A stretch of 64,000 bases of DNA from Chiloscyllium plagiosum (taxonomy: Eukaryota): assembly GCF_004010195.1 (NCBI RefSeq), contig NC_057752.1:6628811-6692810 (forward strand), read 5' to 3'. The notes under the pieces were generated by a model. It was given only the letters and a program-made list of their open reading frames with translations. It was not told the DNA's origin and made no database searches. Position numbers and translations under genes: made by a program. Shown here in pieces: positions 63,301-64,000 of the stretch. The stretch's first letter is position 1, and each line of letters opens with the position of its first letter.

Positions 63301-64000
63301 TTCTAGAAGAACACAGCAAGCCAGGCAGCACCAGGAGAGGGAGAAGTCGATGCTTCGGGTGTAACCCTTCCTCAGGACTGGGGATGGATGTGGGGGGAGC
63401 TGCAGATAAAGGGGGTCGTAGGAGTAGTGTGGTGAAGTGGGGAGGTTGGTCAATAGGAGGAATGGATCCGGTTGGTGGAAGGGAGGGGGTGTGCTCGGAA
63501 GGGAGAGGGTGTGCTCGGAAGGGAGTCGGGGGATGGGAAGGGAGGTTATTTGAAATTAGAGAACTCAGTATTGAGTCCTCCAGGCTGTAGGCTGCTCAGG
63601 CAGAAGATGAGGTGTCGTTCTACAATTTGCAGTTTGGTTCATTGTGACAATGGAGGAGGCCAAGGATGGTCATGTCGGAAAGGGAGTGGGAAGGGGAATT
63701 TAAATGCCGGCGACTGGGAGACCCGGTTGGCCCCTGCGGGCCCGGCTGAGATGCTCGGCGGGCTGTTCCTTAAGTTTACGTTAGTCTCCCCAGTGTAGTG
63801 AAGACCACATTGGGAGCACCTGATGCAGTATACTAGGTTTGAAGCATCTCAGCCGGGCCCGCAGGAGCTGACCGGACTGTCCACTCAGCGCCCATTTTAT
63901 TCCCCTTCCCACTCTCTTTCTGACATAATCATCCTTTGCCTCCTCTATTGCCACAATAAACCACATTGTAAATTGGAGGAGCAACACTTCATCTTCCGTC
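63301..64000. mobile_element. PLE remnant with inverted structure (minus 63301-63840, plus from 63841 to window end)
   Basis: 63844-64000 is an inverted copy of about 63600-63755; minus hammerhead agtc-CTGAGGA-aGGGT-tac-ACCC-GAAG-cATC-gact at about 63345-63379; same subfamily as 5917-6176/15177-15370. Confidence 0.85.

Overview
Eukaryotic, repeat-dense, mostly non-coding DNA. The repeat set (HE1-type V-SINEs with (TAATC)n tails, HER1/CR1 LINEs, Deu-domain SINE relics, Penelope-like elements) points to a shark or other cartilaginous fish; this is an inference. The only host coding feature I can support is a 55-nt + strand exon (57976-58030) encoding MDIEDCNGRGYIS-G. It matches my recollection of the first coding exon of the Ikaros-family gene IKZF4 (Eos), so most of the window is probably that gene's upstream/first-intron region plus the start of the next intron. 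Nearly all long ORFs in the track are decayed transposon fragments or their antisense shadows. The richest structure is a set of Penelope-like elements (PLEs) from at least three subfamilies. One is near full-length (7420-11013) with inverted terminal repeats and a 13-bp TSD. There are also several hairpin-only mini-derivatives and about ten copies of a minimal hammerhead-ribozyme motif, about four with an intact catalytic core. The window also holds nested CR1 insertions, a decayed Tigger/pogo transposase, a probable Harbinger relic, Rex1/Babar and L2 fragments, and two assembly gaps. I found no evidence for a wholly new system. The hammerhead/PLE hairpin derivatives inside a presumed IKZF4 transcript are the best leads.
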